A stretch of DNA of 64,000 nt, from contig VJWM01000116.1 of the NCBI GenBank assembly GCA_010909165.1, positions 744,001 to 808,000 on the forward strand. Reading direction: 5' to 3'. The notes under the pieces were generated by a model. That model saw only the letters and a program-made list of their open reading frames with translations. It searched no databases and was not told the DNA's origin. The translations under genes were made by a program, and so were the position numbers. How positions within the stretch are numbered: the first letter of the stretch is position 1; the number at the start of each line of letters is the position of its first letter. This DNA is from Anthoceros angustus. Lineage: Eukaryota; Plantae; Anthocerotophyta. Below are positions 13,092 through 25,273 of the stretch, in pieces.

Positions 13092-14104
13092 TCACTCGTC
13101 ATGATGATATTCGAACAATCCATCTGGCCCTGCAAAGCAAGATCACGACTAAGAATCTGCCAAGGTGACTACAAACCACCTGCAAGCTCAACTCCAGGAA
13201 CACGAACTCGAAACTAATTGAGCCCACTATTCAAGCGAATCAAACTCATCATCTTACAGCACCCATTCAAGATCTACGTGAGCAGTCAGGGCATACCCCA
13301 GGGAAACTCCTTGTTGCGGATATGAAGGTATGAGTAGGCCTGCACATGGACAACGCACATAAGTAGTGAAGACGAGCAGCAAAGCTTGACAGCTAATCGC
13401 ATTTTTCTTACAGCGTCCCGAAGCAACCTTCAAAGATAGTCAGGATTATAGGTCAGATAAAGAGTGGGAAAGCACAAGATGCACTCTTGAACGTACCGGT
13501 CTCTCATGATGTTCAGGGTGTTCATTTCCAGAAAAGGTGTAGATGCCAAAAGCAACAACAGCAGTGAAACCGAGGGCAGTAATTCGTTTCCATTTGTGCA
13601 TCTCCTCTGAAGTAAGCCGATTAGCCAGCAACGTGTGTATCAAAGAGACGACTCGGAGGCAACAAGAGCCATGGCATGAACACAGCAATCAGGCACTCGT
13701 CCAAATCTTCAGCAAAACCAATGACAAAAAGGAAGTACCATCCAGCTGCAGGTACAGCACTCACTAGGCACAAACCACTGTGGGAACCTCTGCTTGCTGA
13801 CAAGGAGGCCAACAAGTATGCCATAGATCAACGAGCAAACCTCCCACACATCAGCCATTTTCAGCAAATTCAGAGAAAACTTCCAGGCACGATCAGCTAC
13901 GATTCCCATCCAGATCCCGCGATGCAGCAGTTGCGCGACTGACTCCCGGAAGTATTTAACGGGCAAGTGAAACCTACCGACGTCGTCAACAGCAGAAGAG
14001 TGTGCAAATCTTCGGGATGGGACAGCAGTAGAAGCCCGACTGGCAGAGCGAGAGCCTAAGGCGGGCAGCAACGGCCCCAGCCGTTGCCTCAGTGCGGTCG
14101 CCAT
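13092..14104 (-). CDS. COX6A: Cytochrome c oxidase subunit 6a, mitochondrial (4 exons)
   Basis: Presequence MATALRQRLG..RRFAH, then EEMHKWKRITALGF..., AYSYLHIRNKEFPWG|PDGLFEYHHDE*. Confidence 0.93.
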
Positions 14105-14366
14105 GATTGTCTCACGGTGCCTTGCGCTCGCGTGAACAAAGTCTAGGGCTCTGAAATGCGCTCGTCAACCAGCAAAGAGCAAAAGCGTCTTCCAAGCACC
14201 CAAGTTATGATAATATTTGTTATTACTTCGCACTTAAAGTGCCTTTTCTTTTTTTTTAAACGTTTAGACTTTGTAAATATGTAGAGATTAAAGTCCCATC
14301 TACATTAGGGCGATTGGATCAACCCTATGGAGGGCCAGGGGACTGGGCCCTCCAAACGTCTACTAC

Positions 14367-14690
14367 CAAGATGTCATGGTGTGGAATAAGGAAGGGCCTA
14401 TTAATCATCGTAGCTGAAGCTATCTATCGCTCCCAAAATGTCATAGTCTGGAATAAGGAAGGGCTTACTAAGCACCGGAGCTGAAGATGCTAAGTTTCCC
14501 GTTATCGAAGCTATCCTGAAAATTGCATTGCCAATGCCCTAGAGAATATGACATCTCAGACCCCGTTATCGAAGCTATCCTGAAAATTGCATTGCCAATG
14601 CCCTGGAGAATATGACATCTCGGACACCGTTATCGAAGCTATCCTGAAAATTGCATTGCCAATGCCCTAGAGAATATGATATCTCGGACT
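14367..14690. repeat. Tandem repeats: 2 degenerate ~68-bp units, then 3 x 64-bp units (ccgttatcgaagctatcctgaaaattgcattgccaatgcc...)
   Basis: gttatcgaag recurs at 14501, 14565 and 14629; ggaataaggaaggg occurs twice upstream. Confidence 0.9.
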
Positions 14691-14691
14691 G

Positions 14692-15335
14692 TGTCATGCG
14701 TAGCAATGCGCTACCCAGCTATTGGACAGTGAGCTAAGTAGGTCCCAGAGTTGTCGAGAGGGGCGCCACAGCTGTAGGTCGTGAAAGAACAGGCCAAAGG
14801 TTGGACCAAGCCCCGGTGGAACCTCATCACGGTAGAAAAAGAAGGCGGTGCGAATTGGAAGGCCTAGATGCAAGGTCGGGTCAGAATCCAGGAACCTGCT
14901 CCCTTCCTTATACAAGAGTGGAGACAAGCTCAAGTGGGTCAAACAATCGAAGAATCCAAAAGAAGGTCCTGCTGCACCTGCCTATAGTGCTTCTCTTAGA
15001 GAAAGGCTTGAAGCCCACGGAAACCACCTGTAGGGAATGAGGAAAAAGGAGGCATAACTTCCCTAACCTAAGAGGATAAAAGGCCCCTAGTCGACCTTAA
15101 AGACACCTGCAGGGGAAAAACCCCTTCCTCTACACCCGAGACGAATCCCTCTAAAATGAGGGAATTCCTAATTAGGAAGCGAGAGGCCAAGGTGAGGGCA
15201 AAGAGGCCTAGCTTCCAAAAAAGGCCACTGGCACATAGGCCTCCGCGGCTTGTAGACCTCAGCCCCCAAATGCGATAGATAGGGACGCTTGCCACCGAAC
15301 TAGATCCCAGTAGTACTCCCAAAGGTACCTAGACA
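14692..15335. mobile_element. Possible solo LTR
   Basis: Starts TGTCA and ends AGACA; non-coding. Flanks gactg/gatga are only an imperfect TSD. Confidence 0.3.
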
Positions 15336-15591
15336 GATGATGTCATGTGTTTCACAGCTTACAATTGCACATCCCATTTGGAACACCAACACGAACCCAA
15401 ACCGGAAAAGCAGGTCGGCGCATAACATCGAAGACTATAACATGTCATAACATGGAAGACTACAACATGTCACGCACATGATGACAAGGAACATATCCAA
15501 CGTGCTGTGATGATGCAAAACTTTCAAAGATGACTTTTCCCGTCAAGCTTAGCGAGGTGTTTTCAGCTTGCTTTGAAAGGACCTGGGCATT

Positions 15592-16169
15592 AATGCCCAG
15601 GTCCTTTCGCACACCGGCGTCAAATCGTTTGCCCACTGGTTGCAAGTACACACAACTCACCCTAGCATGGGCATTCAGCCGGACATACCGACTTACATGT
15701 CGTGGCCGTGGACGGCCGTCCGGACAGACGTGGCGCCTTTATGGCCATCGTGCTCCATTTCCTCCATGGCACACGGCCATGTACGTACGCCCTATACAGA
15801 CGTATGGAATGCGATGAGGACACGGCCAGACGCCATCGATGTGAGCCACGACTTAAAAACGCGTACAGCGGGAGCGGAACTCCGGTTCCTCGACACGGCG
15901 CATCGTGTGGAGCCCGCCGCGACGGCACTCTTTAAACCGAGACGAACCTGAATATTGTATTATAAGGGGGCAGCTGCGAAAAGACGGGGAGGGCGGGTAA
16001 TAGGAACACAATGCACCCGCCCGGGAAGGGAATAGTGTTACATACAGGTGTAACAAATGCAGGCTTGTATGCAAAGCCTGTGCACGAAGCAAACAATGTA
16101 ACGTTCTAGAGGGCCGTAACAAGAACTGTGTCAAAAACCCGTAACATGGGCACCATGTTTCTAGTAGTG
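15592..16169. mobile_element. Truncated CACTA (En/Spm) element; only the right terminus is intact
   Basis: Ends tttctagtagtg (reverse complement CACTACTAGAAA) at 16158-16169, with att on both sides (3-bp TSD). The insertion is absent from the homologous empty site near 38335-38350. Confidence 0.65.
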
Positions 16170-16219
16170 ATTCTCCCTAGTGTTGCCTACGAGCAGTCCT
16201 TCCCAACACAAACAAGTGG

Positions 16220-16990
16220 GATGGACTGTTGGTTGCTACAGGAGAGGACAAAGAGCTAAAGGAGTGTGCCTTATGCCTTGATGGCAGCCCTGACAATAGC
16301 GAAGACATCTCCTTGGAGTGCATGTTTGCTCTAATAGTTTTCAAGAGAGCCCACCTATCTTACAAATGGCTTTGATATTTGCATCACCGCCTTTTTCAAA
16401 ACCCACGACATATAGCCCTGCTTGAGCCTCATGTGGTGGCGCACAAACCGCCGAGGAACATTGGTGGGGGTGCGGGCTTGCACACCGCACTCGTTGGCAT
16501 CATCCGACACGCGACACAATTGATTTTCGGGGACAAGCCGACCTGTGGTGGTGGGGAGGGGTGGGGTGGAGGGGTCGAACGGGCATTTACTTGGGATGCC
16601 CGACCTTGTTAGGCGAGGTTTGTGTATCACTGTAGATGGCAACCTAAAAGATCAGCAACCCCTTACTGAGGGCATTCATGCTAGGCAAGGTCATCCATCC
16701 AACATCCAATAGGCTGCCGTTTGTTAGCAAGCTTCTTTACCTTGGAGTCCTACATACTTTGCCTCGGGCATGGTAGCATTCGAGGATCCAATGTGTAGCC
16801 TTTGTCACAACCACAACTTGAGTGAAGGCACAGGGGTTCTAGCATGATCACGCAATCTCGCCAGTGCATGCATGAAATCGCTAGGGTCCGGGCAAGCCCC
16901 ACTCTCAAATTTTATTTTGAAGCACAAATTAGGAGAAGAAGTTCGCAGAGGCGGAGTGGCATGTCTGCCTCAAGGCTCTTCACTTGGACA
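16220..16990 (+). mobile_element. Degenerate non-LTR (LINE-like) relic; further copies at ~21095-21900 (+) and ~37650-38290 (-)
   Basis: Residual frame ECALCxDG..EDISLECMFA resembles the zf-RVT knuckle, followed by VDG and GIIR fragments resembling LINE RNase H. Clear DNA similarity among the three copies. Confidence 0.4.
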
Positions 16991-18214
16991 TTTGGGGCAT
17001 TTGCGTAATCCATACATCCATATTAGTCTTCATGGTTGGGATGCTTCAAGCATACTAGGGTTGGAATCCCCAATTCAGATGTGATGTTGAGTACTATCGG
17101 ACATGGTAGTGGAAAATTTTGTAAGCAATTTTCTAGGGAGTCCGTAATTATCTAACATCTCTTCTTCTTGGTTAATTCATCTTACATAGTAGAAGAAGAA
17201 TGATATTATTTTAAGTTCACTTAGGACGGAATAATTTGATTTAAGTTCACTAAGGATGGAATTTTCGTACTTTATACTTGACAACTTGTATCATGGTGTT
17301 CCTAAGCTACTAGCACCAAGGCATGCACAGAAAAACAAGCCCTAATTAATTCATGATTATTATAATTATATAATATATTATAATAAATCTGATCCTCATA
17401 ATAATATCATTAATATTATAATTATATTTATATATACTATTATATTTTAATATTTATTAGCACTATGTTGTGGAAGGCAATCTTTCTTGAGGTTAACAGA
17501 TAGCACTTAGTCAAACATCTTTGAAAATTTCAGGGATTATAAAATAATAATAATTAAAATAACAAATATTTATATAAAATATATTTATTTTATAATTATA
17601 GTCAGTTCTTGTTATTGTTTTGTGCTCGCCCAGCTTGCGTCTCATGCTCGGGCCTGGGCTGTAATTCTCTATTTATAAAGGCCGGATAATTCTCTAAAAC
17701 AAACTTGTTTTTCTGTGCTTACCCGTAAATTGCAATAACTTCAAAATTAAAACTTTCCATCCCACTAAATTTGTGCCGGAGGCTGGCACCTGTGGATGTC
17801 ACGTGACACCGCCTAGTTCCGTTACTCTGGTACATATTCGACGTTCGCCTTGCCATGATCGTCAGCAGGAGATTGGCAAGCCTGGCCCCCAATGGCCGCC
17901 CGCGGATTAGAGGAGTTGCCGACCTCGCCAGGCAGGCCGGCAATTTGTTTGACATGTACATTTGCAACCACCATATGAAGTCTGCACTGCGCAAGCTGCT
18001 CCAACGCACCTGTTCCCTCGGAGCTGACACGCACGTCTTTCGAAATCGTCTATGATAGCAAGCTCGAGGGTCTCGCCAGTGTTGAATGGTTTGACCCGGA
18101 GAGCACCGTCATAGTCTTGGAGCAGGAACGAGGACTCTCCCTGGTTTAATTTGATCGGGGCATCAGGCTGAGCACCTCCAACTTCATTTCTGCGTTCAGC
18201 AACAACAAGTTCCG

Positions 18215-18951
18215 ATGGCAGTGGAACCGAACAAGTTTCTCCTGGCTGTGATGGTGTGCGTGGTGGGTAGCCTGATGCCCTCCGCTGCCGGCGCCAGAGC
18301 CGTCAGGGCAACAAAGCCGAAAGGGCCGAACACCACCTTCCTAACTGCTTTCTGCAGCAACAACGGCAACATCACCGCAGGGAGCTCTCTTTGACCTGAA
18401 TATTGTGTTCCAGGATTTGCACCAGAACACTGCCACCAGCGGATACTTCTACCGTGCCGAGCACTCGGGCGGAAACACCACGGCGCACGGCCAGGCGATC
18501 TGCAACCAAAGACTCTCCCAGGACCTGTGCACCCAGTGCCTAGGAGCTCTTACACAAAGCATCTTGGACATTTGCGCTAACGCTGTCGGAGGCAGGGTGC
18601 AGCTGGTTGACTGCTTCGTCCGCTACGAGATCTATAACTTCCTAACTGCTTTCTGCAGCAACAACGGCAACATCACCGCAGGGAGCTCTCTTTTGACAAC
18701 CTGAATATTGTGTTCCAGGATTTGCACCAGAACACTGCCACCAGCGGATACTTCTACCGTGCCGAGCACTCGGGCGGAAACACCACGGCGCACGGCCAGG
18801 CGATCTGCAACCAAAGACTCTCCCAGGACCTGTGCACCCAGTGCCTAGGAGCTCTTACACAAAGCATCTTGGACATTTGCGCTAACGCTGTCGGAGGCAG
18901 GGTGCAGCTGGTTGACTGCTTCGTCCGCTACGAGATCTATAACTTCCCTGA
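18215..18951 (+). CDS. Secreted DUF26/Gnk2-like protein with an exact internal tandem duplication of the domain; frameshifted in this assembly
   Basis: Signal peptide MAVEPNKFLLAVMVCVVGSL. C-X8-C-X2-C (CNQRLSQDLCTQC) and GGRVQLVDCFVRYE each occur twice; indels near 18390 and 18692. Confidence 0.7.
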
Positions 18952-19987
18952 CCTAGCTGCAGAATTCCCCATACCCTCCTACATGGTTCAGTGAATTTGG
19001 TGACCAGTAGTGGCAGTCTAGAGGAAACAATACATGGTCCAGGAGTGAGCTCAGGTGTTCTTTAGGAGGACCCTGAACTTACAAGCGAGATGATGAACAT
19101 CAGCCACGGTACTACACAGGGCAACTCACAACGAGCATTTGAAGCCTGGTGAAGGAGAATATGTGTTGTGCAGATTGTCTTCTGCACAACACATGCATTC
19201 TTCAAACTCTGTTATGTCCTTTTTGTTCACTTCGTTTCCATTTCTGACTCTGGAAGCCGTCGTGCGCTCCAGGCCCATGTAGAGCCTTTGTCTTTCGGTG
19301 GGCTGGTGATTGCAGGGCTTGCTTCGTTCCCACCTAAGAGCAGTTGGATGTCCAGGGTGAAGTCCCGTCCCATGTTCCATCCTTCACATACTATCACATC
19401 TTCGACAAGTTCTAAGCCAAAACTTTGCCAATTGCTGCAAATACAGAACGGCTGTACTGGGGACATGATCTGGTTCTGTCTTCCAAGTGTTCTGCAATGA
19501 TTAAGACGAGACATGATGACAAGGAACATATCCAACGTCGTGATGATGCAAAACTTCAAAGATGACTTTTCCCGTCAAGCTTAGCGAGGTGTTTTCAGCT
19601 TGCTTTGAAAGGACCTGGGCATTAATGCCCAGGTCCTTTCGCACACCGGCGTCAAATCGTTTGCCCACTGGTTGCAAGTACACACAACTCACCCTAGCAT
19701 GGGCATTCAGCCGGACATACCGACTTACATGTCGTGGCCGTGGACGGCCGTCCGGACAGTCGTGGCGCCCTTTATGGCCATCGCGCTCCATTTCCTCCAT
19801 GGCACACGGCCATGTACGTACGCCCTATACAGACGTATGGAATGCCAGTGGGGCGGACACGACGGACGCCATCGATGTGAGCCACGCACTTAAAAAAACG
19901 CGTACAAGCGGGAGCGGAACTCCGGTTCCCTGACACTGGCGCATCGTGTGGAGCCCGCGACTTCAGCGCACTCTTTAAACCGAGACG

Positions 19988-20241
19988 AACCTGAATATTG
20001 TGTTCCAGGATTTGCACCAGAACACTGCCACCAGCGGATACTTCTACCGTGCCGAGCACTCGGGCGGAAACACCACGGCGCACGGCCAGGCGATCTGCAA
20101 CCAAAGACTCTCCCAGGACCTGTGCACCCAGTGCCTAGGAGCTCTTACACAAAGCATCTTGGACATTTGCGCTAACGCTGTCGGAGGCAGGGTGCAGCTG
20201 GTTGACTGCTTCGTCCGCTACGAGATCTATAACTTCCCTGA
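19988..20241 (+). pseudogene. 5'-truncated copy of the DUF26/Gnk2-like gene fused to CACTA-derived sequence
   Basis: Identical C-terminal part of the domain with no signal peptide; junction at the 14-bp microhomology aacctgaatattgt. Confidence 0.75.
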
Positions 20242-20995
20242 CCTAGCTGCAGAATTCCCCATACCCTCCACATGGTTCAGTGAATTTGGTGACCAGTAGT
20301 GGCAGTCTAGAGGAAACAATACATGGTCCAGGAGTGAGCTCGGGTGTTCTTTAGGAGGACCCTGAACTTACAAGCGAGATGATGAACATCAGCCACGGTA
20401 CTACAGGGCAACTCACAACGAGCATTTGAAGCCTGGTGAAGGAGAATATGTGTTGTGCAGATTGTCTTCTGCACAACACATGCATTCTTCAAACTCTGTT
20501 ATGTCCTTTTGTTCACTTCGTTTCCATTTCTGACTCTGGAAGCCGTCGTGCGCTCCAGGCCCATGTAGAGCCTTTGTCTTTCGGTGGGCTGGTGATTGCA
20601 GGGCTTGCTTCGTTCCCACCTAAGAGCAGTTGGATGTCCAGGGTGAAGTCCGTCCCATGTTCCATCCTTCACATACTATCACATCTTCGACAAGTTCTAA
20701 GCCAAAACTTTGCCAATTGCTGCAAATACAGAACGGCTGTACTGGGGACATGATCTGGTTCTGTCTTCCAAGTGTTCTGCAATGATTAAGACGAGACATG
20801 ATGAGATCACATCCTCTGCATGCCTCAGCCTGCTTCAATGAAACAATTTGGCTTTCAGTCTGTTGGCTGTGCCTTCTTCAGTGAAGCATGTCAGTCAGTC
20901 CGTTTTTCAACCCACGATCGGTGCCTGCCTGTAGGTCTTACGGGCGTACCAGTTCACAGTTTTGTTTAGCAGTGCGGGAGTAACCTGTAGGGCAC

Positions 20996-23900
20996 CAAGA
21001 ACTGTGTCAAAACCCGTAACATGGGCACCATGTTTCTAGTAGTGATTCTCCCTAGTGTTGCCTACGAGCAGTCCTTCCCAACACAAACAAGTGGGATGGA
21101 CTGTTGGTTGCTACAGGAGAGGACAAAGAGCTAAAGGAGTGTGCCTTATGCCTTGATGGCAGCCCTGACAATAGCGAAGACATCTCCTTGGAGTGCATGT
21201 TTGCTCTAATAGTTTTCAAGAGAGCCCACCTATCTTACAAATGGCTTTGATATTTGCATCACCTGCCTCTTTTTCAAAACCCACGACATATAGCCCTGTT
21301 TGAGCCTCATGTGGTGGCGCACAAACCAGTCGCTGAGGAACATTGGTGGGGGGTGCTGTGGGCTTGCACACTGCACTCGTTGTGGCATCATCCGACACGC
21401 GACACAATTGATTTTCGGGGACAAGCCGACTGTGGTGGGGAGGAGGGGTGGGGTGGAGGGGTCGAACGTCTGCATTTACTTGGGATGCCCCGACCTTGTT
21501 AGGCGAGGTTTGTGTATCATCAGAGATGGCAACCTAAAAGATCAAGAACCCTCATCGAGGGCATTCATGCTAGGCAAGGTACTGTCCATCCAACATCCAA
21601 TAGGCTGCCGTTTGTTAGCAAGCTTCTTTACCTTGGAGTCCTACATACTTTGCCTCTGGGCATGGTAGCATTTCAGGGATCCAATGTGTAGCCTTTGTCA
21701 CAACCACAACTTGAGTGAAGGCCTGGGGTTCTAGCATGATCACTGCAATCTCGCCAGGTGCATGCATGAAATCGCTAGGGTCTGGGCAAGCCCCCACTCT
21801 CAAATTTTATTTTGAAGCACAAATTAGGAGAAGAAGTTCGCAGAGCAGGGAGTGGCATGTCTGCTGCCTCAAGGCTCTTCACTTGGACATTTGGGGCATT
21901 TGCAGAATCCATACATCCATATTAGTCTTCATGGTTGGGATGCTTCAAGCATACTAGGGTTGGAATCCCCAATTCAGATGTGATGTTGAGTACTATCGGA
22001 CATGGTAGTGGAAAATTTTTGTAAGCAATTTTCTAGGGGAGTCCGGTAATTATCTAACATCTCTTCTTCTTGGTTAATTCATCTTACATAGTAGAAGAAG
22101 AATGATATTATTTTTAAGTTCACTTAGGACGGAATAATTTGATTTAAGTTCACTAAGGATGGAATTTTCGTACTTTATACTTGACAACTTGTATCATGGT
22201 GTTCCTAAGCTACTAGCACCAAGGCATGCACAGCAAAAACAAGCCCTAATTAATTCATGATTATTATAATTTATATAATATATTATAATAAATCTGATCC
22301 TCATAATAATATCATTAATATTATAATTATATTTATATATACTATTATATTTTAATATTTATTAGCACTATGTTGTGGAAGGCAATCTTTCTTGAGGTTA
22401 ACAGATAGCACTTAGTCAAACATCTTTGAAAATTTCAGGGATTATAAAATAATAATAATTAAAAATAACAAATATTTATATAAAATATATTTATTTTATA
22501 ATTATAGTCAGTTCTTGTTATTGTTTTGTGCTCGCCCAGCTTGCGTCTCATGCTCGGGCCTGGGCTGTAATTCTCTATTTATAAAGGCCGGATAATTTCT
22601 CTAAAACAAACTTGTTTTTCTGTGCTTACCCGTAAATTGCAATAACTTCAAAATTAAAACTTTCCATCCCACTAAATTTGTGCCGGAGGCACGGCACCTG
22701 TGGATGTCACGTGACACCGCCTAGTTCCGTTACTCTGGTACATATTCGACGTTCGCCTTGCCATGATCGTCAGCAGGAGATTGGCAAGCCTGGGCCCCCA
22801 ATGGCCGCCCGCGGATTAGAGGAGTTGCCGACCTCGCCAGGCAGCCAGGCCGGCAATTTGTTTGACATGTACATTTGCAACCACCATATGAAGTCTGCAC
22901 TGCGCAAGCTGCTCCAACGCACCTGTTCCCTCGGAGCTGACACGCACGTCTTTCGAAATCGTCTATGATAGCAAGCTCGAGGGTCTCGCCAGTGTTGAAT
23001 GGTTTGACCCGGAGAGCACCGTCATAGTCTTGGAGCAGGAACGAGGACTCTCCCTGGTTTAATTTGATCGGGGCATCAGGCTGAGCACCTCCAACTTCAT
23101 TTCTGCGTTCAGCAACAACAAGTTCCGATGGCAGTGGAACCGAACAAGTTTCTCCTGGCTGTGATGGTGTGTGCGTGGTGGGTAGCCTGATGCCCTCCGC
23201 TGCCGGCGCCAGAGCCGTCAGGGCAACAAAGCCGAAAGGGCCGAACACCACCTTCCTAACTGCTTTCTGCAGCAACAACGGCAACATCACCGCAGGGAGC
23301 TCTCTTTTTGACAACCTGAATATTGTGTTCCAGGATTTGCACCAGAACACTGCCACCAGCGGATACTTCTACCGTGCCGAGCACTCGGGCGGAAACACCA
23401 CGGCGCACGGCCAGGCGATCTGCAACCAAAGACTCTCCCAGGACCTGTGCACCCAGTGCCTAGGAGCTCTTACACAAAGCATCTTGGACATTTGCGCTAA
23501 CGCTGTCGGAGGCAGGGTGCAGCTGGTTGACTGCTTCGTCCGCTACGAGATCTATAACTTCCCCTGACCTAGCTGCAGAATTCCCCATACCCCTCCTACA
23601 TGGTTCAGTGAATTTGGTGACCAGTAGTGGCAGTCTAGAGGAAACAATACATGGTCCAGGAGTGAGCTCGGGTGTTCTTTAGGAGGACCCTGAACTTACA
23701 AGCGAGATGATGAACATCAGCCACGGTACTACACAGGGCAACTCACAACGAGCATTTGAAGCCTGGTGAAGGAGAATATGTGTTGTGCAGATTGTCTTCT
23801 GCACAACACATGCATTCTTCAAACTCTGTTATGTCCTTTTTGTTCACTTCGTTTCCATTTCTGACTCTGGAAGCCGTCGTGCGCTCCAGGCCCATGTAGA

Positions 23901-24337
23901 GCCTTTGTCTTTCGGTGGGCTGGTGATTGCAGGGCTTGCTTCGTTCCCACCTAAGAGCAGTTGGATGTCCAGGGTGAAGTCCCGTCCCATGTTCCATCCT
24001 TCACATACTATCACATCTTCGACAAGTTCTAAGCCAAAACTTTGCCAATTGCTGCAAATACAGAACGGCTGTACTGGGGACATGATCTGGTTCTGTCTTC
24101 CAAGTGTTCTGCAATGATTAAGACGAGACATGATGAGATCACATCCTCTGCATGCCTCAGCCTGCTTCAATGAAACAATTTGGCTTTCAGTCTGTTGGCT
24201 GTGCCTTCTTCAGTGAAGCATGTCAGTCAGTCCGTTTTTCAACCCACGATCGGTGCCTGCCTGTAGGTCTTACGGGCGTACCAGTTCACAGTTTTTGTTT
24301 AGCAGTGCGGGAGTAACCTGTAGGGCACCAAGAACTG
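20996..24337. repeat. Near-identical duplicate of 16120-19519 plus 19988-21004
   Basis: Near-identical sequence; differences are mostly small indels. Confidence 0.92.
23128..23567 (+). CDS. Secreted single-DUF26 (ginkbilobin-2-like, sdCRRSP) protein; 2-nt frameshift in the signal peptide in this assembly
   Basis: ATG 23128; extra tg in the gtgtgtg run versus the 18215 copy. Complete domain NTTFLTAFCSNN..CNQRLSQDLCTQC..GGRVQLVDCFVRYEIYNFP*. Confidence 0.8.
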
Positions 24338-24424
24338 GCGGCTTGAACCGGAGTACCCCGTATGTTAATGCCGGGCCCCGCACGCGGCGGAGACGAAGGC
24401 AGAATGTTTATAACTCTGGCAACC

Positions 24425-24565
24425 CCGTCCGGGCATTGAAGCAGGCAGTTCCAGAGGGCCATGAAGCAGGCACCCCATCCGGGCATTGAAGCAGGCAGTT
24501 CCAGAGGGCCATGAAGCAGGCACCCCATCCGGGCATTGATCTGGCAGTTCCAGAGGGCCATGAAG
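24425..24565. repeat. ~3 x 50-bp tandem repeat (ccatccgggcattgaagcaggcagttccagagggccatgaagcaggcacc) within TE-like DNA
   Basis: Direct inspection; further scattered ccatccggg motifs extend to ~24955. Confidence 0.85.
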
Positions 24566-25273
24566 TTGGGGGAAGGATGACAGCCCATCCAAATGGCCTA
24601 GGCCAAATAATGGACACACATTTATAAGAACGCCGTGATTAAGCATCCTGAGCTTGGATCGGTCCTTAGATGGGGTGCCTAAAGGGAGTGGATGCTCTTG
24701 GTGTAAGTAATCCACTCTTGGTGCAAGTAGCTTAGGCACACCATGGTACAAGTTGTTAAGTACCAGGTCCCATAATGGAAATCCGTCCTCAGCGGACTTA
24801 AATACAATTCTTCTTCTTCGTCCATCCGGGGATTGATTTGGCAGCCCCGTAGACCATGCAGTTCGGGGATGGATGACACCCTATCCGGGCACCATACTTT
24901 ACCACTAGCCCCGTAGGGCCATCAAACCGGGGATGGATGGTACCCCATCCGGGTACTGACTCGCTGGGCACTGATCCGTCCAGCGTATATCTCCACTTTC
25001 TTGCTACACAAGACAGTGGACAACGAGTCGGGTTTTGTTCAACGGGCAAGGTAGGGATTCGCTCATCACACCCTTGCCCGAACGATCGGCACCGTGAGCC
25101 CCAAGGAGCCCAGGCGGGGCATATGCACACAGGTTCTCTCTGTTATGATGAGAGGTGCCAGGATCAGTGTTAGACATCCCTGTCCATGTCTCAGTTTGGA
25201 CAGGAATGGACATGTCCATGTCTCAGCAAGCACATCCCCCCCAACAGGCACTAGCTACAATGCTTCATTGTTC

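Noticed and set aside
25168-25246. TGTT...AACA mini-LTR
   Set aside because: Too short, with no TSD, PBS or PPT.
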